A stretch of 40,686 bases of DNA from a virus. Taxonomy: Duplodnaviria > Caudoviricetes. The translations under genes were made by a program, and so were the position numbers. The stretch lies in the IMG/VR virus record IMGVR_UViG_3300031965_000075, positions 1-40,686 of that record; one strand, given 5' to 3'. Below, piece by piece: positions 25,129 through 33,828 of this stretch. How positions within the stretch are numbered: the first letter of the stretch is position 1; the number at the start of each line of letters is the position of its first letter. The notes under the pieces are model-generated. The model saw only the letters and a program-made list of their open reading frames with translations, was not told the DNA's origin and did no database searches.

Positions 25129-26312
25129 CCGATCAGCCTCTCGACCGCAGCGAGCGCGGCATCCTGGGCAGCTCCCTCGGTGGCGATGTAGTGGCCATGC
25201 GTCGTGGAGGTCCGCGTATGGCCCATCAGGTCGGCGAGGCGCCGGTCGGGGACCCCTGACTCGAACAGCCGTGACGCGAACGTCGACCTGAGATTCTTGA
25301 AGGGCAGCCGCGGGATCCACGCCGCCTCGAGCAAGTCGTAGAAGTGGTGCGTCAGCCACGAACCGTTGAGCGGCCCGCCGCGCAGGTTGGTGAAGACGGG
25401 GCCCGGGCCGATCGGCACGAAGCCCGCTGCGATGACGCGCTCCCGGTGCGCAGCCATGGCGGCCACCACCGACGGTGACAGCGGGACGACGCGGCGCGAG
25501 CGCGGCGTCTTCAGCTCGGCGCGCTGGTACTTTCCATCACGCCGGACCAGCTCGCGGCGGACGTGAAGCCTGCCCGTCCCGGATACGCTCCCCGGGCCAC
25601 TCTGAGTGCGTGACCTCTCCTCATGGACGACCTCTACACTGGCCGCACCGGGCAGGTCCCCGAACTCTACATCCTCCCAGGCCAGGCCGAGGATCTCGCC
25701 CTGGCGCAGACCGGTGCCGATCGCCACGACGAAGAGTGCCTCCAGGCGATCGCCGGCGATCGCCGCCAGCAGCCGGTGAACCTCGCCGGTGGACAGCGCC
25801 CGCGGCTCCTCGACCGGGACCCGGGGCGCATCGACGAACTCGCGGGCCGCGACATTGCGCGCGATGAGTCCGGCCCGGACCGCCTGCCCGAGCGCCCGGC
25901 GCAGGACGGCATGCACGTTGCGCAGGCTCTTCGGGCTGAGGCGCTGGCCGACGGTGGCCAGCATCGACTCGACGTGAAGCGGGGTCAGGGCGACCAGCCG
26001 CACGTGACCGATGGCCGGGGCCAGGTGATAGGTCACCACGGAGGCGTACCCGTTCCGCGTGGAAGGTCGGATGTTGCGGGCATCACGAACCCACTGCTCG
26101 AGGTAGGCGCCAAGCGTCAGACGGCTCGGCTGTTGCCCGCTGGCGTGACCCGCGCGCAGCTGGTCGAGCGCCTCGGCGGCTTCGCGTCGGGTCTTCCGGA
26201 TGCGTTTCAGGAAGCGTCGGCCGACCCGGCCGCCGATCGACAGCTGCGCCACCCAGCGGCCGTCCGCTCGCTGGAAGATCGACCCTTGCCCGGGCATCCG
26301 TCGGCTCCTCAT
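25125..26312 (-). CDS. int: Tyrosine integrase
   Basis: N-terminal G.GSI.QR.DGRW arm-binding domain, SAM-like core, TGLRQGE, LKT..SRR, FKNLRST, MGH, catalytic Y (HGHY). Alternative start ATG 26297 after GAGGAG. Confidence 0.95.
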   Translation of the reverse strand: MRSRRMPGQGSIFQRADGRWVAQLSIGGRVGRRFLKRIRKTRREAAEALDQLRAGHASGQQPSRLTLGAYLEQWVRDARNIRPSTRNGYASVVTYHLAPAIGHVRLVALTPLHVESMLATVGQRLSPKSLRNVHAVLRRALGQAVRAGLIARNVAAREFVDAPRVPVEEPRALSTGEVHRLLAAIAGDRLEALFVVAIGTGLRQGEILGLAWEDVEFGDLPGAASVEVVHEERSRTQSGPGSVSGTGRLHVRRELVRRDGKYQRAELKTPRSRRVVPLSPSVVAAMAAHRERVIAAGFVPIGPGPVFTNLRGGPLNGSWLTHHFYDLLEAAWIPRLPFKNLRSTFASRLFESGVPDRRLADLMGHTRTSTTHGHYIATEGAAQDAALAAVERLIG

Positions 26313-26481
26313 TGCGGGGTGATGATAGCCACGCCTCCAACTCGTGCAGCAACGTGAACCACGCGCCGCCCACTTTGCGCCCGGGCAGGACGCCTGCCTG
26401 CAGCCAGCGGCGCACGGTCTCCTCGTCGATGCCGATGCGCTCGGCGATCTCGCGTGGCCGCAGGGCCAGACGATCGCTCAT
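26083..26481 (-). CDS. xis: Excisionase-like HTH protein (reading frame runs into int)
   Basis: Start MSDRLAL at 26481. 'L.P.EIAERIGI..ETVRRW...G.LPG.KVGG.W' is a MerR/HTH_17-type pattern; directly upstream of int. Confidence 0.8.
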   Translation of the reverse strand: MSDRLALRPREIAERIGIDEETVRRWLQAGVLPGRKVGGAWFTLLHELEAWLSSPRNEEPTDARARVDLPASGRPLGGAAVDRRPGRPTLPETHPEDPTRSRRGARPAARGSRQRATAEPSDAWRLPRAVGS

Positions 26482-26711
26482 GCCAGTCCCCCGTGCTCCT
26501 GCCCGCACGCCGGGCAGCGATGGGCGAACAGGCGGGCCCGGACGATGCGCAGCGACCGCCGCTCGGCGCGCCACTGGTACAGCGCCTCGGCACCGAACAT
26601 GACCGCGCAGCCGGCGATGCCGATGCCGGCCACGATCAGGACCGCGGGGATGCCGCCGAGCCAGGCAGCGGCCCCGTAGGCGGCGAGCACGAGGGCGCAG
26701 CCGGCGTTCAT
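26478..26711 (-). CDS. Small membrane protein with C-terminal CxxC
   Basis: MNAGCALVL... coupled at both ends. Confidence 0.5.
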   Translation of the reverse strand: MNAGCALVLAAYGAAAWLGGIPAVLIVAGIGIAGCAVMFGAEALYQWRAERRSLRIVRARLFAHRCPACGQEHGGLA

Positions 26712-26896
26712 GGCCGGCCGTTCCGCTGCGCCGCGCGCATGCCGGCGAAGTAGCAGGGCGGACACATGCCCAGGTTGGGCTGATGGATCGGCTGCAGGTG
26801 GTCGGTCTGGCCGCCGTGGCACTTCCAGTCGGCGTGCTGCGCGCAGTACGAGCGCAGGTCCCCGGACATCCGGCAGCCGCAAGTCCAGCTGGTCAT
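26708..26896 (-). CDS. Small Cys/His-rich protein
   Basis: MTSWTCGC...; ATGA overlaps at both ends. Confidence 0.45.
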   Translation of the reverse strand: MTSWTCGCRMSGDLRSYCAQHADWKCHGGQTDHLQPIHQPNLGMCPPCYFAGMRAAQRNGRP

Positions 26897-26987
26897 CGCG
26901 GCCACCGGCCCCATGCACAAAAGGTCAGGTGGCGCCAGTGGCGGCGGCAGACCGGGCAGCCGGCGACCAGGACGCGGAGACGGCGGA

Positions 26988-27335
26988 TCATTGCAGCCAT
27001 GCCTCCAACTCGGACCAGTCCAGCCCGTTGCGGGCGATGGCGGCATCGACCCGGATCACCTGGTCTAGCTGCTGGAGCCACCAGCGCTGGTGCACGGTTG
27101 GCTGCTTACGCCCGGTCTTGAGCTCGAGGAAGACGAGGCGGTGATCCCGCGGCCGGACCAGTGCGAGGTCAGGGAAGCCGGGCTCGGAGCGGCGGCTGTC
27201 GTGGGTGTGGTAGCGCAGCTCGTAGCCGAGCCGCTCGGCCAGCCCGAGGACCCGGATCTGGAAGGCAGCCTCGGTCGTCAGCGACGCATCGGCCAGGGCC
27301 TGCGCATCGGGGCGGTAGGGGCGACGCTCAGCCAT
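26988..27335 (-). CDS. VRR-NUC domain nuclease (putative Holliday junction resolvase)
   Basis: 'E..FQ..V...A...G', 'YHTHDSRRS.PGFPDL', 'FLELK', 'Q..WL..L'. Confidence 0.88.
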   Translation of the reverse strand: MAERRPYRPDAQALADASLTTEAAFQIRVLGLAERLGYELRYHTHDSRRSEPGFPDLALVRPRDHRLVFLELKTGRKQPTVHQRWWLQQLDQVIRVDAAIARNGLDWSELEAWLQ

Positions 27336-27434
27336 TGGGGCGCACCGGCCAGCGCCTGACCAAAGCCGGAAAACGAGGCCGTGCGAAACGGACTACGGCG
27401 GTCAGTAGCCCCCCCGTCGTTCGCTGAGAGATTT

Positions 27435-27812
27435 TCAAGGCCGCCCCCTCACGCTGGTGCTCTTCAGCCCGAGCCTCGCGTGGTGGCGGTGCTGCGGGCA
27501 GTTGCACAGCCAGCGACGCCTCGAATCGGCGGCCAGCGAGCTCGGAATGACGTGATCGCGCTGCAGGTCCACCGTGCACCCACACTTCCGACCGATCGCA
27601 TCCGCCGCCTCGCAGCTGGCACCGGGAAGAGCAGCCGCTCGCTCTCGCTGGTGAGGCGTGCCATAGCCGCGCTGGCTGGTCGTCCGCCGATGCAGCTCAC
27701 AGCGCCCGCGGTCCACGGCGACGCCGGGGCAGCCCGCCACCAGGCAGGCGGTTGGCGCCTCGAACGGGCTCAGCCCCAGGATCAGCAGCAGGATCCACCA
27801 CAGCGGGCTCAC
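27435..27812 (-). CDS. HK97 gp74-like, degenerate HNH protein
   Basis: C...GC......RC..H, 'SQRGYG..H', DHVIP, 'LC....H..H'. Likely GTG start at 27812 after GGGAG. Confidence 0.6.
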   Translation of the reverse strand: MSPLWWILLLILGLSPFEAPTACLVAGCPGVAVDRGRCELHRRTTSQRGYGTPHQRERAAALPGASCEAADAIGRKCGCTVDLQRDHVIPSSLAADSRRRWLCNCPQHRHHARLGLKSTSVRGRP

Positions 27813-27947
27813 CGCGTCGCTCCCCGCGGTCGTGCAGTCGGCGCTGGTTTGGGTGGTGGTGCCGATGCTCGGATCGGCGCACATACCAGACAGTCCGGAT
27901 GCTGGCCCTCGTGTCGAGGGTTCGGTGCCTCGCCAGACAGCCGCTCT

Positions 27948-28679
27948 CTAGGCACTCGCCGACCTTGGCCTGGCCGTGGGTGACGGTCGCTGCAATCGCT
28001 CCAGCTCAGCCTGCCAATCAGTGTCGCCGTCGAGCAGTCGCAACGCTCGGAGCGCCGCCCGCTGGACCTCAGCCTCGGGATTGGTCAGCAGCCGACGGTT
28101 GTCCGCGATCGCCTTCGTTCGTTCCTCTTCGGTCATTGACCGTGACGGCGGGCGCGGAGCACCGCTGCCACCGCTATTGCTATTGCCTAAGCCTCCGCTA
28201 CTGCTGTTGTGGACGCCCTCCTGTGACGCGTCACTGGCGTCCTCCCTGTGACGCTCCCTGTAACGCCTCTGGCGGATGGCTCCGGGGGTTGGCCGAGGCC
28301 CGTCACCACGCCGCCTGGCGATGTTCACGAAGCGCGCCGGCGGCGTGACGTTGCCCTCCTGCCACTCGTCCCAGCCATCGACGTACAGCTGACCGCCGGG
28401 CTGGAGCACGAGATCCCCGCGCACGAGCAGGTAGGGGACCTGACGCGCGTACCTGGCCCCGCGCCCATCGTCGCCGCGCATCAGCTCGCGCAGGATCCGC
28501 TCGGACCGAAAGCGTCCCCGCTCCGGCTGCAGCTCAGCGAGCGCCAACACCCCGAAGAAGGCCACCAGAGCATCGGTCGGATAGGCCGCCCAGCCCTTGA
28601 TCGGTGTGCCGTGGTGGTCGATACCAAGCACCTTGCGGTCGTAGACGTGGGGGTCCAGATGCATGTAGACGCGGGCCAT
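27948..28679 (-). CDS. Putative replication initiator/replisome organiser
   Basis: '..V.GWDEWQ' followed by 'RQRRYRER' and a low-complexity linker, typical of phage initiator N-termini; early-region position. Confidence 0.55.
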   Translation of the reverse strand: MARVYMHLDPHVYDRKVLGIDHHGTPIKGWAAYPTDALVAFFGVLALAELQPERGRFRSERILRELMRGDDGRGARYARQVPYLLVRGDLVLQPGGQLYVDGWDEWQEGNVTPPARFVNIARRRGDGPRPTPGAIRQRRYRERHREDASDASQEGVHNSSSGGLGNSNSGGSGAPRPPSRSMTEEERTKAIADNRRLLTNPEAEVQRAALRALRLLDGDTDWQAELERLQRPSPTARPRSASA

Positions 28680-29296
28680 CAGGCGTCACCGACGTCGAAC
28701 GAGTGGTCGCGGACGGCCTCTGCAGCGCGCCTAAGCTGCGGTGAAGGGCATGAACAGCGGATGCGAGCGCCGGGCGCAGCGAACGAAACGGCATCGCAAC
28801 CGGGGCACTCGGCCCACTCAACGCCACCCACCGCCTCTTCCCCTGGGCGGCAGACCCAGCCGAACGGAGCTGACCTGGTGAGGACACCGCTCACCCAGGT
28901 ACCCGGCGTCCCCCAGAAGATAAGCAGGGGCGCGTCGACCGCATTGGCGAACGCCTGCCAGCGCCCGACGTCGCGGTGCCTGGCTTCCTCTGTCAGCTCT
29001 CCCCAGCTCTCCGGCTTGATCTCGACATACCAGCGCCGGGGCACATCGTCGGCTGCCTCATCCTCCTCGCTGACTCCCAATCGGAAGTCGGGCTGGTAAG
29101 CAACCCCCGCATCGCTGACCGGCTCATAGGTCCAGGCGATGCCGAGGGCATCGAACCAGACGGCCCAGCGAGCCTCCAAGCGCGATCGGAAGCGGATGCC
29201 GCGGTAGACGGTTGGGATGGCCTTCATGGCGGAGCTCCTCATGTATGGAGGAGCAGCATCGACCGTGGCGGCGGTACCGGCCAGCGGCTTATCCAC
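28679..29296 (-). CDS. PD-(D/E)XK nuclease family protein
   Basis: 'AIPT.Y.G..FRSRLEARWA.WFD.LG..W.YEP', 'Y.PDF', 'YVEIKP'. Confidence 0.8.
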   Translation of the reverse strand: MDKPLAGTAATVDAAPPYMRSSAMKAIPTVYRGIRFRSRLEARWAVWFDALGIAWTYEPVSDAGVAYQPDFRLGVSEEDEAADDVPRRWYVEIKPESWGELTEEARHRDVGRWQAFANAVDAPLLIFWGTPGTWVSGVLTRSAPFGWVCRPGEEAVGGVEWAECPGCDAVSFAAPGARIRCSCPSPQLRRAAEAVRDHSFDVGDA

Positions 29297-29588
29297 CGAT
29301 CTTCTCCACCACCACCAGGTCAGCCACGCGATCCACCAGCAGCGGGTCGCGGGCCGTCAGCTTCTCCATGACCTGCCCCAGCGCGACCGCCGGCGTGGTC
29401 CCATAGCCGCTCAGGTACTCGGGCCTGACGCCGGCCACGCGGACCAGCCGGACCCGCCATAGATGTGATGCCTGGAAGTCGTGCTCGATGCGGTCGAGGT
29501 ACCAGTGCTCCCGCGCCTCCAGGGCGCCCCTTAGCGCCGCCAGGGCGTCAGCGAAGCCCGTGCCGTCGTAGCGGTCGAAGATGCTCAT
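29289..29588 (-). CDS. Hypothetical protein
   Basis: 99 aa, coupled ORF. Confidence 0.55.
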   Translation of the reverse strand: MSIFDRYDGTGFADALAALRGALEAREHWYLDRIEHDFQASHLWRVRLVRVAGVRPEYLSGYGTTPAVALGQVMEKLTARDPLLVDRVADLVVVEKIGG

Positions 29589-30298
29589 GCCGACCGCCTC
29601 CCGGCCGCGACAGCCTCACGCCAGTCCTCGCGGCGCTCAGGATCGTTGGCGGGGTGGGCCGCGCGGATGAGTGCTCCCATCCGTTCCCGCTCTCCGGGCT
29701 TCGCCCAGCGGCGGGCGCTCGCCAGGCGGTGCGATGCCCGGCCGACCGCACTCAAGGGACCCTGCTTCCAGGGCTGGGCGGCGTCGACCTCGATGGCTGA
29801 CCGTAGGGGGAGCGGGCTGACCGGCCGCAGGTCGCACGCCGGCGTTTTGCAGATGCCGTCCGGCTCACAGGCGCCGCAGAAGGTGGCGACGACGGCCTTG
29901 TGCATGGCCAGTGCGGACTCGACCATCGGCAGGTTCGAACGCCGCCTGGTCGCCGCGTTGGCGCCGTACTTGCGGCAGCGGTCGGAGCAGTAGGTCGCTC
30001 GCCCGCCACCGCGCCACTCGAACGTCCTGGAGCAGACCGGGCACGTCAGCATGCGGCCGGCCATCACGATCTTCAGGATGCTCGGATCGGCCAGCGCCTC
30101 GGACAGCTCGCGCGCCTGGTCGAGCGAGGGCAAGACGTCGCCCTTGCACCACAGGGTCAGCAGCGATCGCGACGTCGAGAGTGTCTGCGCCAGGCCTTTC
30201 TTGCTGATCCTCCTGATCGCTAGCTCGTGGGTCAGGTGGGCGCCCAGCTTCGCCGAGTGCACGCGCCGATGGCTGTCGGGAGGTAGTGGGGTCGTCAC
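29585..30298 (-). CDS. XRE-type HTH plus zinc-finger protein
   Basis: GTG start 30298. 'LAQTL..SRS....W..G...P' HTH, then CPVC...YCS..C and C..C....C....C clusters. Confidence 0.65.
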   Translation of the reverse strand: MTTPLPPDSHRRVHSAKLGAHLTHELAIRRISKKGLAQTLSTSRSLLTLWCKGDVLPSLDQARELSEALADPSILKIVMAGRMLTCPVCSRTFEWRGGGRATYCSDRCRKYGANAATRRRSNLPMVESALAMHKAVVATFCGACEPDGICKTPACDLRPVSPLPLRSAIEVDAAQPWKQGPLSAVGRASHRLASARRWAKPGERERMGALIRAAHPANDPERREDWREAVAAGRRSA

Positions 30299-30513
30299 GC
30301 CGCGGCCTCCTCGCCCTTGGCGCACGCCGTGCAGCGGTTGATCCGGGCCCCGAACAGGCCAGCCACAGGCTCCTCGAGGTGCGCCCCGGCCAGCGGCAAT
30401 CGGTTGCAGGCGGTCCTGGACAGCCGCCCCGGGTGCGGCGGCACCAGGTGAGCGGTCCTGCCGCCGTTGAGGTAGCGCCAGCCCCAGCCGTAGGCGAGCA
30501 GCACGTCGCTCAC
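30295..30513 (-). CDS. Small Zn-binding hypothetical protein
   Basis: 72 aa; H...AC...CxxC pattern. Confidence 0.5.
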   Translation of the reverse strand: MSDVLLAYGWGWRYLNGGRTAHLVPPHPGRLSRTACNRLPLAGAHLEEPVAGLFGARINRCTACAKGEEAAA

Positions 30514-30619
30514 TTCTGCTCTCCTATCGCTGTATCAGGTAGCAGTAGTGCCAGCACGGTCCCGCTGGACAACGACGCGGGGCCAGCAGACGAGCCGCTG
30601 GCGCTGGCAGGGATCACGG

Positions 30620-30898
30620 TCATGCGAGCGCCTGCGGAGGCCGCCAGCGACGGTAGGCTTCTCGATCAAGGATGCAGTCCTCGCCTATTGGCCCACAACC
30701 ATCGGAGTTGCCACCCTCGACGGCAGCGAGAAGGTGCCGCATCTCGTGTGCATCGCCCGGCGCCATCCGGTCCTTGCGGAGTTTCGCGCTGACCACGAGC
30801 AGCTTCCCAGCGATCCATTCGATGTCCTTGATGGTGAAGTCCTGAGCTGCGATGATCTCGGCCAACTTCAGGTCGCGGAGTTCGTCATGGGTGCTCAT
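30620..30898 (-). CDS. Hypothetical protein
   Basis: 92 aa, ATGA-coupled. Confidence 0.55.
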   Translation of the reverse strand: MSTHDELRDLKLAEIIAAQDFTIKDIEWIAGKLLVVSAKLRKDRMAPGDAHEMRHLLAAVEGGNSDGCGPIGEDCILDREAYRRWRPPQALA

Positions 30899-30962
30899 GG
30901 CGCCACCATCGCGGCGTAGTCGTGGCAGGGGCAGCTCGGGTCGGGGCAGTCGCGCAGGCGGG

Positions 30963-31193
30963 TCATCGCGACGCCCGCCGCAGCAGCTCCCGCGCGATGT
31001 TCTGCATGTCGCGCACCTGGCGGACCGTCAGCGTCCGATCGTCGAGCCGGGCCACGTGCAGCGCGATGACCTCGATCGCGTCGCCCAGGGAGGCGACCTC
31101 GCAGGCCGACTCGGGCGGCAGCGGGCGCGTGCCGAGCAGGACCGGCATCGCCAGCGGGCGCGACCAGCCGGGACGGACGGCGGGCGCGGTCAT
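30963..31193 (-). CDS. Hypothetical protein
   Basis: 76 aa, ATGA-coupled. Confidence 0.5.
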   Translation of the reverse strand: MTAPAVRPGWSRPLAMPVLLGTRPLPPESACEVASLGDAIEVIALHVARLDDRTLTVRQVRDMQNIARELLRRASR

Positions 31194-31408
31194 GCGGGGG
31201 CGGCCTCCATCGCGTCCAGGACGGTGTCCACGACCCGGCGCGCGGCGCTCGCGTCAAGTGCGCGGTCCAGTTGACCGCGAAGGCTGGCGATCGTCCGAAG
31301 TCGCTCGCCGGCGATTACTCGGCGGAGTGCCTTCTCACTGCACGGCGCCTCATCACGGAGGATGCGGTCGGCAGCATCGTTGCCGGTGATGGTGCCCTTC
31401 GCGGTCAT
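31190..31408 (-). CDS. Hypothetical protein
   Basis: Real start MTAKGT at 31408 (ATGA overlap). Confidence 0.5.
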   Translation of the reverse strand: MTAKGTITGNDAADRILRDEAPCSEKALRRVIAGERLRTIASLRGQLDRALDASAARRVVDTVLDAMEAAPA

Positions 31409-31806
31409 GCCGCGCCCTCGTCCCACAGCCGCAGCGGCACCGGGCGCGGCTCCGAGGTCGCCAGCCAGCGGCGCAGGCCGGACCGACGCCGCAGCATCGT
31501 GCGGATGCGGGAGTCGTGGCGCTCGAGATACTCCCGCACGTCGGCGCGGCTGCCCCACCACACGCCCATCGGGCGCTGCGAGGAGGCGCACAGCGGTGCC
31601 AAACCGTCATCGGCCAGCAACTGCAGCGCTTCTTCCGTGTCGCGGTGGGTAGCGTGCGCCAGGCGTGCCAGACGCGCGATGGTGATCGCGTTGGCGCGAC
31701 CGCGCGGCAGCAAGCACACGAGCAGATCGGCCAGCGAGAGGTCGGGGTCAGCGGGCCGAGGCGAGGGGGGGCACACCTCGGCCCGCTGCTGAATGGCCGC
31801 GCTCAT
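31405..31806 (-). CDS. Winged-HTH-like DNA-binding protein
   Basis: 'GRANAIT...LA.......R......L...G..P.C.S....G.W' pattern; start 31806. Confidence 0.6.
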   Translation of the reverse strand: MSAAIQQRAEVCPPSPRPADPDLSLADLLVCLLPRGRANAITIARLARLAHATHRDTEEALQLLADDGLAPLCASSQRPMGVWWGSRADVREYLERHDSRIRTMLRRRSGLRRWLATSEPRPVPLRLWDEGAA

Positions 31807-32438
31807 CGTGGCGTGGCGAAGATCGCCGCGAGGTCCTTGTCGATGTCCCACCGCGCGATCTCGAAGAAGAGACTCTCACCCAGGTGCGTGATGAGTCCGA
31901 TCAGGACCGGGTCGCGCGGCTCCGGGTTGGCCAACTCCAGGAAGTCATCGCGACTCGGCGAGTAGATGCGGTACTCGTCGAGGAGCGGCTTGGCCGCCGC
32001 GTAGCGCTGGAGGGCCGCGATCGGGATGGCGCTCTGGAAGACCATCGCTGCGCGCTGCGAGCTGGCGCAGGGCCAACTCTCGGCGGGATAGTGCAGGTCG
32101 CCCCATGAGTCCTTCGTCCTCGCAGGCTCCTCGACGTGTCCACACCACCACTGTTGCGGCGGTGTGGTCGGCTCAGCCCCGAGGGCCAGCAGGCGCTTGA
32201 TGCGATCGAGCGATGCCTCGGCCTTGCGAGTGGCGATGGCGGCCTCCGCCGTGGCGGTCACAACATTGGCCAGGGAGGCGGTGAGGACGCCGACGCGCCC
32301 AGCGGCGAGCAGGTAGTCCTGCCTAACCTTCACGTCAGCCTTGGCGGCCTCCAGCCGTTCGTACTGGACCGCAACGAATGGGATGTGGTGGCTCGACACC
32401 TGGATCGGTTCCGGGGCCCGCTTGGTCATGAGTCTCAT
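31803..32438 (-). CDS. Hypothetical protein
   Basis: 211 aa; C-terminal 'DPVLIG......FEIARWD'. Confidence 0.7.
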   Translation of the reverse strand: MRLMTKRAPEPIQVSSHHIPFVAVQYERLEAAKADVKVRQDYLLAAGRVGVLTASLANVVTATAEAAIATRKAEASLDRIKRLLALGAEPTTPPQQWWCGHVEEPARTKDSWGDLHYPAESWPCASSQRAAMVFQSAIPIAALQRYAAAKPLLDEYRIYSPSRDDFLELANPEPRDPVLIGLITHLGESLFFEIARWDIDKDLAAIFATPR

Positions 32439-32650
32439 CGGATGTCTCCAGTCATGAAGCTAAAGGTCAGGCTGCGCTCCGCACAGTCGGAGCTGTCATT
32501 GCAGTAGCGGACGTTCTCCTGCAGCCGCCCCAGCACCGGGTCGACGGTGACCCTGCGATGTACGCTGATCTGCGCATCGGGTCGGTCGCGTCCACAGATG
32601 TGGCAGCGCCATGTGCCGCGATCGCTCAGGGGGTGCATGGCGGCCGTCAT
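32435..32650 (-). CDS. Small Zn-finger protein
   Basis: MTAAMHP...WRCHICG...NVRYCND..DC; ATGA-coupled to the recT stop. Confidence 0.6.
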   Translation of the reverse strand: MTAAMHPLSDRGTWRCHICGRDRPDAQISVHRRVTVDPVLGRLQENVRYCNDSSDCAERSLTFSFMTGDIR

Positions 32651-33828
32651 CCGGCATCTGCCTTCCCGAACTCGCCCGCCGTGATGCGGTCGCGCAAACT
32701 GAGCCAGTCGGCGACCGTCAGGCTGTCGGGCTCGATGCTCAGGGCATCGCGTACCAGTTGGTCGATGACGGGCCAGGACGAGTCCAGACCAGCGCTGGCG
32801 GCCGCGGCAGCGACGGCGACCGTTGCCTCGTCGATCGACAGCGGCGGCTCCACGCTGGCTGTGGCGGCGGCAGGGGCCGGAGCAGGAGCCTTTGCCACGG
32901 GGGCAGCGTCCGCTGGCCCTGACTCCTGCTCCGGCTTTGCAGTGGCGCGCTTGCGAGAGCGCGTCGGTCGGGCCGCGTCGGCGACCGTGGCGTCGGTGGT
33001 GACCAACGCCGGTCGCGCGGTGGGTGTCGGGTCCGGAGCAAGCGCCGCCGCGCGTTGCCGGATGGCCCCGCGCAGCCCGCCCATGCGGTCGCTGCGTCCG
33101 CCTTCGACCACCACGACCGGGGTGCGCTCTGCCTCGTCCTCCATCTCGATCAGGGCGCGGACCTCGACTGTCAGCGGCAGCGTCTTGCTCAGCCGCCGCA
33201 GGACCGTCTTCTTGGCCATCTCGTGCCAATCGGTGCGCCAGGGTCCGGCGTTGCCGGCACGCGACCGACCGCGGATGCGCTCGATCTCGTCGCGGGTCAT
33301 CACGTCGAACTGGCGCTGGCCGTTGCGCAGCCGGGCGACGGCGTAGACGTGGGTGACCGGGTTGCCCTCGTCCGCTGGATCGGCCGGCGAGGGGGCTTCG
33401 ATGTCGGGGACGTGATCGATCGACGGCTCCGTGCCGCGGCGCACCTTGAAGTGGTCCGCCTGGCGCACGATGGCGGCGTCGATGGCCGCGATCTCCCCGG
33501 AGCGGCGGGCCAGCTCCACCAGGCCGCGATAGTCGACGATCAGCTGCGCGGTATCCCCATACGGCACCAAGTGGGCTCCGCCGATCGCGCCCGACGGCTC
33601 GAGCCCCAGGCGCGCGGCTTCTGCCGCCGCGTCGACGATGCTGTTGGGGGTGCACTTCTTCAGCTGCGGGTTGCGGTTGATGCTCTGCAGCACGATCCGC
33701 TTGAAGCGCTCGACGTCGGTCCCCTTCGGCAGCAGCGAGGCGATCACGTCGGACCGCTCGTCGAGGGCGGCGACGATGGGATGGACCTGCTCGCGGCGAG
33801 CGAGGGCAGTGCTCTCAGAGGGGGGCAT
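32647..33828 (-). CDS. recT: RecT-family single-strand annealing protein
   Basis: Start MPPSES at 33828 after AGGAG. 'P.L..C...S', 'LGLEP', 'LVPY', 'YRGL..LARRSG', 'PW.TD..EMA.KTV.RR..K.LP'; long C-terminal extension. Confidence 0.93.
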   Translation of the reverse strand: MPPSESTALARREQVHPIVAALDERSDVIASLLPKGTDVERFKRIVLQSINRNPQLKKCTPNSIVDAAAEAARLGLEPSGAIGGAHLVPYGDTAQLIVDYRGLVELARRSGEIAAIDAAIVRQADHFKVRRGTEPSIDHVPDIEAPSPADPADEGNPVTHVYAVARLRNGQRQFDVMTRDEIERIRGRSRAGNAGPWRTDWHEMAKKTVLRRLSKTLPLTVEVRALIEMEDEAERTPVVVVEGGRSDRMGGLRGAIRQRAAALAPDPTPTARPALVTTDATVADAARPTRSRKRATAKPEQESGPADAAPVAKAPAPAPAAATASVEPPLSIDEATVAVAAAAASAGLDSSWPVIDQLVRDALSIEPDSLTVADWLSLRDRITAGEFGKADAG

